DNA of 64,000 bases from Clostridia bacterium (GTDB lineage Bacteria; Bacillota; Clostridia; Oscillospirales; CAG-272). Shown in pieces: positions 17,911 to 26,222 of this stretch. A program made the translations under genes and the position numbers. The stretch spans positions 4,787 through 68,786 of the forward strand of contig JAGASP010000053.1 of the NCBI GenBank assembly GCA_017621695.1, in the 5' to 3' direction. The first letter of the stretch is position 1. Every line of letters starts with the position of its first letter. The notes below the pieces were generated by a model that was not told the DNA's origin, ran no database searches, and was given only the letters and a program-made list of their open reading frames with translations.

Positions 17911-20124
17911 ATGAGTAGACACATCTATACCTTGAAAAAGCCCGCATCGTGGCACAAGGAGCTTTGGCGGGAGGCGTTACCCCTCGGCAATGGCTTGACC
18001 GGCGTTCTGATCCCCGGTGCCATCGGGAAGGAATGCATCCATTTCAACCGTCACGATCTGTGGGAAGGGGGCTTCGACCGTGAGATCCCCGACATTACCC
18101 ATGCGATCAAGTCTATGCGAGAAGCATTGGATCGGGGCGATTACGCAGCTGCCAACGAGGAAAATCTACCGCGTGCCCTGAGAGATGCGGGGTATGGTAC
18201 CCCCATTGACTGTCCACACCCCTTGGGATGGTTGGACATGGCCTTCACCCCGTCTGCGCCTTTCAAGCACTACCGCCGCGGCGTAAATATGCAAACGGGA
18301 GAGGCCTTCGTTGAGTTCACGATCAACGGCTGTCACTTCCGCCGCGATGCCTTCGTTTCCCGCGATGCTGACGTAACGGTCATGCGGATGAAGGCCGACA
18401 ATCCCTTTACAGCCACCTATGATTTTCGGTTATACAATGCTGTAGCCGAATGCGTCACCACCGAACGTAGCATATACCGTGCCTCTGCAGATCGCTACAC
18501 CGAGGTCAAGGTGGAATTTGCGGGCGATGTTTCGACAACTGTGAGCGATCATGCCTTGACGGTCACAGGCACGGACTACATGATCCTGATCCGTTGCGCT
18601 TCCAACGGCTCTGATGGCTCGCTGGATGCGGTTATGGGAAAGACCTACGACGAGCTGTTGCAAGCGCACGTCGCCCTCCACAAGCCGCTCTATGACAGCG
18701 TGACTGTAGAGCTTGCCGATGATGAGGCCTTCGCCGCCACCAACGAGCAGATGCTGGACGAGGCCTATGACGGCGAGGCCTCTCCCGCACTTTTGGAACG
18801 GATCTGGCGGTTTGGCCGCTATCTGTTCATCTCAGCCGCCTCTGAAAAAGGAAATCCCGTTCCCCTGTACGGCTTGTGGCACGGAGACCATCATCTGGCC
18901 TGGAGCCAATACGTGGCCAATGAAAACGTAGAGATCACCTACTGGCACACCATGGCAGGTGGCCTATCCTACGCCATTCCCTCTTTGCTTCGCTACTATA
19001 CAGCGAAGCTCGAAAAGCTGCGCGAGTGCGCCAAGCAGATGTTTGGGTCGCGGGGCATTTGGATATCTGCCTATACCACGCCCTACGCTTCCGGTCCCGG
19101 CGTTCCCGTTGCGGTCATTGTCAACTGGATCAGCTGTGCAGGTTGGCTCTGCCGCCACTTTTGGGAATATTATCTCTACACCCAAGACGAAGCCCTCCTT
19201 CGAGAAGAGATTCTTCCCTTCATGTACGAAGCCGCTCTGTTCTATCGAGATTATGCGGTAGAGGACGGTGACTACATCCGCCTCTATCCTTCGGTCTCCC
19301 CTGAAAACACCCCCAAGGGTCATACGGGTGTGGTGGCGCAAAACGCCACCATGGATTTTGCTGTCCTCAAGGAGCTTTTGACCCATCTGCTTTGCGGCAT
19401 AGAGATCACGGGAATGTATGCACACGAGGAGACCTCCTTCCGCAAGCTCCTTGCCAAGATCCCGCCCTACATGATCAATGAGGACGGTGCGATCAAGGAG
19501 TGGATGCACCCAGACATTCAGGATAACTACCATCACCGTCACTTATCTCACATATACCCCGTGTTCCCGGGTAGCGAGATAACGGCGCACGGTCAGCCTG
19601 CGCTGTTTGAAGCCTTCAAGCAGGCAGTCAGGCTGAGGGAGCTGGGGGCTCAGTCAGGCTGGTCTCTTGCCCACATGGCGAGTATTTACGCGCGCATGGG
19701 AGAGGCGGAAAAATCCGTGGAATGCTTGGATGTAATGGCCAAAAGCGTGGTCATGAATTCTCTCATGACTACCCATAATGACTGGCGAAGAATGGGCATC
19801 ACACTTGAATGGAACGGAGAAGCCTTCGTTCAGCTTGACGCCGCCTTCGGCGCGGTCAACGCCCTGCAGGAAATGCTGTTCTTCTATCAGAAGGATGCAC
19901 TTTCTATTCTGCCCGCCTTGCCCGCGCGCCTGACTCACGGCTCTGTTTGCGGCTTGGTGTTCCCCGAGGGTACGGTGGATATTGACTGGAACGAACAAGG
20001 CGCTGTGCGCTTAACGATCATGGCACACCGCGCGGTTGACACCGGTCTTCTGCTTTATGGTGTTGAACGGTGCAGGCTCAGGCTTGCGGCCGGAGAAAGA
20101 AAAACATTGGACCTCACGGTCTGA
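17911..20124 (+). CDS. GH95-family glycoside hydrolase (alpha-L-fucosidase type), cytoplasmic
   Basis: N-terminal WREALPLGNGLTGVL...NRHDLWEGG, later HHRHLSHIYPVFPGSEI. 737 aa. RBS AAAGGAG. Confidence 0.85.
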   Translation: MSRHIYTLKKPASWHKELWREALPLGNGLTGVLIPGAIGKECIHFNRHDLWEGGFDREIPDITHAIKSMREALDRGDYAAANEENLPRALRDAGYGTPIDCPHPLGWLDMAFTPSAPFKHYRRGVNMQTGEAFVEFTINGCHFRRDAFVSRDADVTVMRMKADNPFTATYDFRLYNAVAECVTTERSIYRASADRYTEVKVEFAGDVSTTVSDHALTVTGTDYMILIRCASNGSDGSLDAVMGKTYDELLQAHVALHKPLYDSVTVELADDEAFAATNEQMLDEAYDGEASPALLERIWRFGRYLFISAASEKGNPVPLYGLWHGDHHLAWSQYVANENVEITYWHTMAGGLSYAIPSLLRYYTAKLEKLRECAKQMFGSRGIWISAYTTPYASGPGVPVAVIVNWISCAGWLCRHFWEYYLYTQDEALLREEILPFMYEAALFYRDYAVEDGDYIRLYPSVSPENTPKGHTGVVAQNATMDFAVLKELLTHLLCGIEITGMYAHEETSFRKLLAKIPPYMINEDGAIKEWMHPDIQDNYHHRHLSHIYPVFPGSEITAHGQPALFEAFKQAVRLRELGAQSGWSLAHMASIYARMGEAEKSVECLDVMAKSVVMNSLMTTHNDWRRMGITLEWNGEAFVQLDAAFGAVNALQEMLFFYQKDALSILPALPARLTHGSVCGLVFPEGTVDIDWNEQGAVRLTIMAHRAVDTGLLLYGVERCRLRLAAGERKTLDLTV

Positions 20125-20156
20125 ATCAATGAAAAAACCGAACAGAGGAATTGATT

Positions 20157-20594
20157 ATGTTGAAAAACATCCCTCCCATTCTGTCACCCGAAATGTTAAA
20201 AGTTTTATGCGAAATGGGTCACGGAGACCGTCTGGTGATCGCTGACGCCAATTTTCCCGCCGCGAGTATCGGGAAAAATGCGATCGTGCTTCGCGCAGAC
20301 GGTCACGGTGCGGTAGAAATACTGGAAGCCATCCTGACTCTACTCCCCTTGGATAAATATGTGGAGCACGCGGTCACATTGATGCAAGTCACACCGGGTG
20401 ACTCCGTTGAAACTCCTATTTGGGAGGAATATAAAGCAAAAATATCTCAATTTGACGAAAGAGGTGCCAATACCGTATGTGAAGCAGAACGCCATACGTT
20501 CTACGATCTGTCAAGGAATGCATATGCGATCATTGCAACCGGAGAAAAAAAGCTTTATGCCAATATCATCCTGCAAAAAGGCGTGCTGTCATAA
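20157..20594 (+). CDS. fucU: L-fucose mutarotase (RbsD/FucU family)
   Basis: Alignable to E. coli FucU (ILSPEMLKVLCEMGHGD, ATGEKKLYANIILQKGV). Confidence 0.9.
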   Translation: MLKNIPPILSPEMLKVLCEMGHGDRLVIADANFPAASIGKNAIVLRADGHGAVEILEAILTLLPLDKYVEHAVTLMQVTPGDSVETPIWEEYKAKISQFDERGANTVCEAERHTFYDLSRNAYAIIATGEKKLYANIILQKGVLS

Positions 20595-20645
20595 CGCGAA
20601 ACAAAGCAAATTTTCTTACGTAATTTTTTAAAAGGAGAGAATACT

Positions 20646-22328
20646 ATGAAAAAAGCACTTTCTATTTTAATGATCCTGTTGATGATCATTTCGACCATGC
20701 CTGTAATGGCAATTCATTCTTCAGCCGCCGAAGTGGAGGGTGATTGGACCACCTACCGAGCATCTGACGGCTATAATCCTCCGCCCGAAGGGGAAGATCC
20801 CTCCTACACTCCTGCCCCGGGCTATGAGTATACGGATGACGGTTTCCATATGATCTCCCCCGACTATACCAACTGCCCCACCTACGGCACCGCTCAAACC
20901 AAGGATCCCGTGGATCTGGATGACGGCGTTTATATGGAGGTCCGCGTGGATAATTTCACCTACGGCGGCGAGGATGGGAAGGCAGACAACTGGGTCTCCT
21001 TCAGCATTTGGAATCAGCAAAGCCTGGCTCAGGGTCACACCTCGGGTTACGGTCAGGGTTGGTTCAGCTTGAACCGTTTCAGCAATGGCACCTCTGATGC
21101 CGGTGCGATCGCCCAAAGCTTTATTTCGGGCGAGCCCTCGACCATGACGCTGGTATCACAGCCTCAAATTGATCCCAAGCTGGATGAAAACGGCAAGGAG
21201 ATCTTCACGTTCTCGGTTACAAAGAGCGGAGACAACTACATCATCAGCATTTGCGACGTTGTCGTCAGCTCTCCCGCCGTGACCAAGCATCTGAAAGCGC
21301 TGAATGAGCACGGCGAGTTTTATGTGGGCGTATCCTTCTGCTCCAGCCAGACAAACGGCGTTGTCGAGGCTACGATTTTGAAGTACGGTACCTCTAAAGA
21401 GGATGCCTCCACCCCCGTTGGCTCGGATTCAAAGGCTCCCGAGGCCAATCCCGTTGTGATCGCGGAGCTGGCGGATTCCTCTACCATTGAAGCAGGCAAG
21501 CCTTGTTTGCTCTTTGATGCAAACGGATCGTCCTGGAGTGGCAAGCTGGGCGTGCAGGGCATGACGATGGATGCCATGGGTAACGGTGCTTTCCGCATCT
21601 CTCCCACCGAAGCTACGGGCTTCCATACGTGGAACATCAGAAAAACCATGTCTTATCAGGCAAAGGATTTCCCCGTCGTGGCATTTTTGATTGAAGATCC
21701 CAATGCGATCATCGAAAAGGGTGAGCTGCAATATTCCACAGGTCAGTACGTCATGGCCGACGGTGTTCATAAGGTTCCGTTTAACATTTGGGACGAGGCA
21801 AACCGTTCCTACGGTGAGAGCGGTTGGACGCTTTTCGTATTGGATATGCAAAAGCTTTTGGATGAGGAAACCTATGCAGACGCGTGGGTAGACCGCATCA
21901 ACAGTCTGCGATTCGATTATTTGGAGATGTTTTTGGATACCGATGCAGAAAAGAACACGTTCAATTTCCATTGGGCAGGCATCTTCCGCTCGGTTGAGGA
22001 AGCTTATGCGTACAGTGACGCATATGTCATCACGCAAGATCCCGATTTAGTCCCCGAAACCGAGGAGTCTATCGAGACACCTTCGGAAGCGCCCTCTGAA
22101 GCGCCCACAGTAACACCCTCGGAAGAAACCTCCGCAACGCCCTCGGAAGAAACCTCCGACAAGCCGATGGAAGGCACGACTACCTCTCCTGCCGGAGAAG
22201 TGACCCAAGAGCAAAATAACGAAAATGATAGCAAGCAAGATGATACAGGCTGTTCTTCCGCTGTAGGTTCAGTTGCTGTATTGTTTGCAGCGATCGCCGC
22301 TGTTATCGCTCTTAAAAAGAAAGACTGA
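20646..22328 (+). CDS. Secreted cell-surface protein of unknown function with signal peptide, LamG-like N-domain, a second domain shared with two other secreted proteins, acidic PSE linker and Cys-containing C-terminal anchor
   Basis: Signal MKKALSILMILLMIISTMPVMA. The C-terminus reads DDTGCSSAVGSVAVLFAAIAAVIALKKKD. RBS AAAGGAG. Confidence 0.75.
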   Translation: MKKALSILMILLMIISTMPVMAIHSSAAEVEGDWTTYRASDGYNPPPEGEDPSYTPAPGYEYTDDGFHMISPDYTNCPTYGTAQTKDPVDLDDGVYMEVRVDNFTYGGEDGKADNWVSFSIWNQQSLAQGHTSGYGQGWFSLNRFSNGTSDAGAIAQSFISGEPSTMTLVSQPQIDPKLDENGKEIFTFSVTKSGDNYIISICDVVVSSPAVTKHLKALNEHGEFYVGVSFCSSQTNGVVEATILKYGTSKEDASTPVGSDSKAPEANPVVIAELADSSTIEAGKPCLLFDANGSSWSGKLGVQGMTMDAMGNGAFRISPTEATGFHTWNIRKTMSYQAKDFPVVAFLIEDPNAIIEKGELQYSTGQYVMADGVHKVPFNIWDEANRSYGESGWTLFVLDMQKLLDEETYADAWVDRINSLRFDYLEMFLDTDAEKNTFNFHWAGIFRSVEEAYAYSDAYVITQDPDLVPETEESIETPSEAPSEAPTVTPSEETSATPSEETSDKPMEGTTTSPAGEVTQEQNNENDSKQDDTGCSSAVGSVAVLFAAIAAVIALKKKD

Positions 22329-22483
22329 CAGGTATGCGTCAAGACCGACACAGCGTGCAAAGAACGGGTTCGCATTCGCCACGCAAAGATCAACAAGCTC
22401 GCTTGTCAGTCGGAGAATGTGCGAAGCTTCACATAGTGATATTTCCATGTTCAATATACGCAAGTCATGACTCCCCATAAAGC

Positions 22484-22520
22484 AGGAAAGCACTGCATCC
22501 GCAGTGCTTTCTTGATTTTG
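22484..22520 (+). terminator. Rho-independent terminator
   Basis: AGGAAAGCACTGC-ATCC-GCAGTGCTTTCTT followed by GATTTT. Confidence 0.65.
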
Positions 22521-22707
22521 ATACGCCTTTGATGAATCTGGATCCCGTAAGGCCGCAGGACCTTACAATGCAGTCGATCGGGGATACGTCTTACGGTCAC
22601 ATCAACTTTACAGGGTGCCCACATCCACGGTCAGCCATGCCCACGTTGCATCACCGCACACCTCGGCAGGAACGGTATAGGATTCGCCGTTCAAAGTCAC
22701 CATAGCT

Positions 22708-22959
22708 TCATGCGTTTCCTTCGGGAATGGGCCAAAGCGGATAGCCCAGAATCAGGGGGACGGTATCGGAGGAGCCATCGGCATACGTGATGACCAGATC
22801 GCCAAGGTGATCTCCTATAAAGCGGATATCCGAGGGATCCGACGTGCCCCACGCGGGGCAGCCCGTGTCGGTAGAATGATAGCCACCGACGGCATACAGG
22901 TATTTGCCACACTGACACGCTTCATTTTGATACGAAATGGGAACAGGCAGTTTCGACAT
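22708..22959 (-). CDS. Small Cys-rich hypothetical protein (83 aa), possibly frameshifted (the reading frame continues in another frame to 22608)
   Basis: Good RBS GAGGTGAG and a TGCTATAAT -10-like box upstream on the minus strand. After the stop, a different frame reads ETHEAMVTLNGESYTVPAEVCGDATWAWLTVDVGTL to a TAA at 22608-22610. Confidence 0.4.
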   Translation of the reverse strand: MSKLPVPISYQNEACQCGKYLYAVGGYHSTDTGCPAWGTSDPSDIRFIGDHLGDLVITYADGSSDTVPLILGYPLWPIPEGNA

Positions 22960-23198
22960 GATCTCACCTCACGCATACATATATTGTTTCAAGCACAGCT
23001 AACCGAAAAGGATGCCCGACCGTTCTGCACGCCTGTGCACTTTTTCTCGTGACCGACACCGATTTGAAATCATTATAGCACATAGCTCCAATGGAGTCAA
23101 TACGGTTGAAATACTTTCCATGGTGCAGTACACCGTGCTCCGCTGTGTGCATATTGCTTCATTAAACGCCCTGTCAGAATTCTTAGTCATCTTCTGTC

Positions 23199-23972
23199 CT
23201 AAAAATCCCTGTTTGCGGGATTTCTCTGGATGATCTTACGCCATTCTGATGGGGAGACCCCTGTTTTTTGAACAAAGCGTTTAAAAAAATACGGATAGTC
23301 GAAATAACCGCATTCCTCCGAAATTTCGGAGATCGGCTTCGACGTTGTTTCCAGCAGATACATGGCCTTCTTGATCTTCACGTCATTGATATAGTGGATC
23401 GGTGATACGCCGAATTCCCGCTGAAATAACCGTTCTACGTAATTCATACTGTAATGGAACGCCTCGCAAAGATCCGCCAGGGACGTGATTGCCGCGATAT
23501 TCTCTTCCACGTATTTGGATAATCTGTCGGCGAGCGTATTGGAAGGCATCTTCTGCCGCAAGGACAGTAGCAGCTTGTGGAACAAATACTGCTGCTCCGC
23601 GTACACATATTTTTGATGTGAAGCGGTATCGATTTGCTGCATAAGCTCGGACAGCTTGGTATAGTCGAAGCTTCCTCTGTAGGGCAATGCGTCGGGCTGC
23701 TCACTCCATTCCCCATCAAAATGCACGAACAGGTAATGGGGCGCGTCGCTGGGAAGCTCCCCCGCCTGATAGCGGTTCTTTCTCTGGATATAGTACTCAC
23801 CCGCGCCCACCTCTACCTGCTCGCCGTCCTCGGAAAACCGCAGTACCCCCTCATAGACCATCAGCAAAACATTCACACAACAAAAGCGTTCAATGTGATG
23901 CTCCTTTTTCTCAAAAAAACGGAAGGAGGCAAACTCATATTGGATCGGACTGTTCAGATCAATTCCGTGCAT
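23199..23972 (-). CDS. AraC-family regulator, copy B (paralog of 11231-12001)
   Basis: Colinear with copy A over the full length. RBS AAAAGGAG. Promoter TTGACA-17-TATAAT on the minus strand (24034-24006). Confidence 0.85.
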   Translation of the reverse strand: MHGIDLNSPIQYEFASFRFFEKKEHHIERFCCVNVLLMVYEGVLRFSEDGEQVEVGAGEYYIQRKNRYQAGELPSDAPHYLFVHFDGEWSEQPDALPYRGSFDYTKLSELMQQIDTASHQKYVYAEQQYLFHKLLLSLRQKMPSNTLADRLSKYVEENIAAITSLADLCEAFHYSMNYVERLFQREFGVSPIHYINDVKIKKAMYLLETTSKPISEISEECGYFDYPYFFKRFVQKTGVSPSEWRKIIQRNPANRDF

Positions 23973-24111
23973 GGGAAACTCCTTTTCAAGCCATCGTATA
24001 CCTCTATTATAGCCGAACTGTGTGCTTTTGTCAATATACTATCCATTTTCAGCAATGAACATTTGTTTTTCAATGTGATATAATACATATAAAAATACAA
24101 GGAGGCGTATC

Positions 24112-25923
24112 ATGCGTACATGGAATTTCTATACCGCGAAGGAGCTTTCTCCGCAGGGCTGGGTACGGCGTCAGCTGGAGATCCAGGCCGAGGGACTGAG
24201 CGGAAATCTGGATAAGGTCTGGCGAGACGTCAGGGACAGCGCCTGGATCGGCGGGGACGCCGAGGGCTGGGAGCGGGTTCCCTACTGGCTGGACGGCTTC
24301 ATTCCCCTTGCTTACCTACTGGACAACAAGGACATGATCGCGCGAGCCCGCAAATACGTGGATGCCATTCTTGCCCAACAAAAGCCCAGCGGCTGGATCT
24401 GCCCCTGCGACGAGGAGAAGATCCCCGGGTACGACACCTGGGCAGTACAGCTCATCTCCAAGGTGCTGGTGGTCTACTACGAATGCTCGGGGGACGAGCG
24501 TATCCCCGAGGTGCTCTACCGTGTGCTGAAAAACTACTACGAGCTGCTGGAGAGCAAGACTATATCCCTGTTCGGCTGGGGTAAATACCGCTGGTTTGAG
24601 AGCTTCATCGCCATAGACTTCATTTGGGAGCGTTACCGTGAGGACTGGGTTGTGGAGCTGGCAAAGATCATCAAGGAGCAGGGCGCGGACTACGCCGCCA
24701 TGACCGAGCTGTGGAAGACCCCCCTCAACCGTTGGACCTTCGATACCCATATCGTCAACCTCGGTATGATGTTGAAGTACGAGGCGGTCAGCTGTGACAT
24801 TCTGGGCGCGGACTACACCGACGTGGCCGAGAGACTCATGACCGTGCTGAAGGCCTACAACGGCACCCCCGTGGGACTCTTTACGGGTGACGAATGCCTG
24901 TCGGGTCTCAGCCCCATTCAGGGCACCGAGCTTTGCGCCGTGGCGGAGCAGATGTACGCCTACGAGCATCTGTACGCCTACACGGGTGACTCCAAATGGG
25001 CCGAGCGGCTGGAGCTTCTGGCCTTCAACGCCCTTCCCGCTACCATCAGCGACGATATGTGGACCCATCAGTACCTGCAGATGAGCAACCAGATCGCCTG
25101 CGAGCGCTTCCCCGGCAAGCCCGTCTTCCGCACCAACGGAGGCGAGGCGCACCTGTTCGGTCTGGAGCCCAATTATGGTTGCTGTACGGCCAATTTTAAC
25201 CAGGCCTGGCCCAAATTCGCCCTGTCGGCGTTCATGCACAGCGGCGATACGGTCCTCTCCGCCTTTCCCGTCCCCGCAACGCTCAAGGCGGACGGTCTGA
25301 CCGTTTCCCTCCAGACGAATTACCCCTTTGACAACACCTTCGCCTATGACGTGACGTCGGACAAGCCGGTTTGCCTGCAGGTCAGAGTTCCCTCCTTTGC
25401 CCAAAACCTTCGTGTCAACGGACAGGAGACCATCTACAGCGAGGTGCTGAGCTTTGAGATCCCCGCGGGTCAGCCAACCCACATCAACGTCACCTTTGAC
25501 ACCCTTCCGAATCTTGTGGAAAGACCCCATGATCTGAAATGCGTCCAGTGCGGCTCTTTGGTGTTCTCCTTGCCCGTCTCCTATGAAAAGAGGATGCTGG
25601 AGTTTGAGCGCAACGGTGTGGAGCGAAAATTCCCCTATTGCGACTATGAGTATCTGCCCACGTCTCCGTGGAATTACGCCTATGCGTCCCCCTTCTTCAA
25701 GCTTGAAAAGCGAGATATGTCCGACGTTCCCTTCAGCTCCGAGCATCCGCCCGTTGTGCTGAAAGCAGAGGTCAAAAGAATCCCTTGGGGTCTCGAGGAC
25801 GGATATGCGTCGGTCTGCGCCAAGGTACCGCAGAGTCTGATTCCTCTCTCTGAGGCCGAAACCGTGGAGCTGTATCCCTACGGCTGCGCCAAGCTGCGCA
25901 TGACCGAGCTGCCGTTGCTATAA
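24112..25923 (+). CDS. GH127-like (DUF1680, beta-L-arabinofuranosidase-type) glycoside hydrolase, cytoplasmic
   Basis: N-terminal WVRRQLEIQAEGLSGNLDKVW...WERVPYWLDGFIPLAYLL, AILAQQKPSGW, and a Cys-Cys motif YGCCTANFNQAWPKF. Confidence 0.6.
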   Translation: MRTWNFYTAKELSPQGWVRRQLEIQAEGLSGNLDKVWRDVRDSAWIGGDAEGWERVPYWLDGFIPLAYLLDNKDMIARARKYVDAILAQQKPSGWICPCDEEKIPGYDTWAVQLISKVLVVYYECSGDERIPEVLYRVLKNYYELLESKTISLFGWGKYRWFESFIAIDFIWERYREDWVVELAKIIKEQGADYAAMTELWKTPLNRWTFDTHIVNLGMMLKYEAVSCDILGADYTDVAERLMTVLKAYNGTPVGLFTGDECLSGLSPIQGTELCAVAEQMYAYEHLYAYTGDSKWAERLELLAFNALPATISDDMWTHQYLQMSNQIACERFPGKPVFRTNGGEAHLFGLEPNYGCCTANFNQAWPKFALSAFMHSGDTVLSAFPVPATLKADGLTVSLQTNYPFDNTFAYDVTSDKPVCLQVRVPSFAQNLRVNGQETIYSEVLSFEIPAGQPTHINVTFDTLPNLVERPHDLKCVQCGSLVFSLPVSYEKRMLEFERNGVERKFPYCDYEYLPTSPWNYAYASPFFKLEKRDMSDVPFSSEHPPVVLKAEVKRIPWGLEDGYASVCAKVPQSLIPLSEAETVELYPYGCAKLRMTELPLL

Positions 25924-25968
25924 CCAACGGGAGGGTGCTTCTGCTTCACCAAGCATGACCTTGGATTT

Positions 25969-26125
25969 ACTTTGAAGCCGGCACACCATTACCGGTATAT
26001 GTTGAACACCTCAGCATATACCGGTATTTTTCCTTTCAAAAATAAGTAGGCGCACCTTCATGCGCAGGTGGTTTTGCCACTTTCTCAAGCGTTGTATCAC
26101 ATATGCACCACCCTTCCAAAGTTCC
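25969..26125. repeat. Interspersed intergenic repeat, family 1 copy
   Basis: Aligns with 5047-5170. Contains a perfect 10-nt inverted repeat ACCGGTATAT ... ATATACCGGT. Confidence 0.6.
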
Positions 26126-26163
26126 TTAATTCTTGGATAATATCTACTTTTTTGCCCGATTTG

Positions 26164-26192
26164 TTGCAATTTCTATTTGGTTATGGTATAAT
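26164..26192 (+). promoter_or_regulatory. Promoter of the lipoprotein-phosphatase gene
   Basis: TTGCAA, 17 nt, TGgTATAAT. Confidence 0.5.
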
Positions 26193-26222
26193 ATCCGCAA
26201 TACAAGCAGAAAGGAAAGTCCC

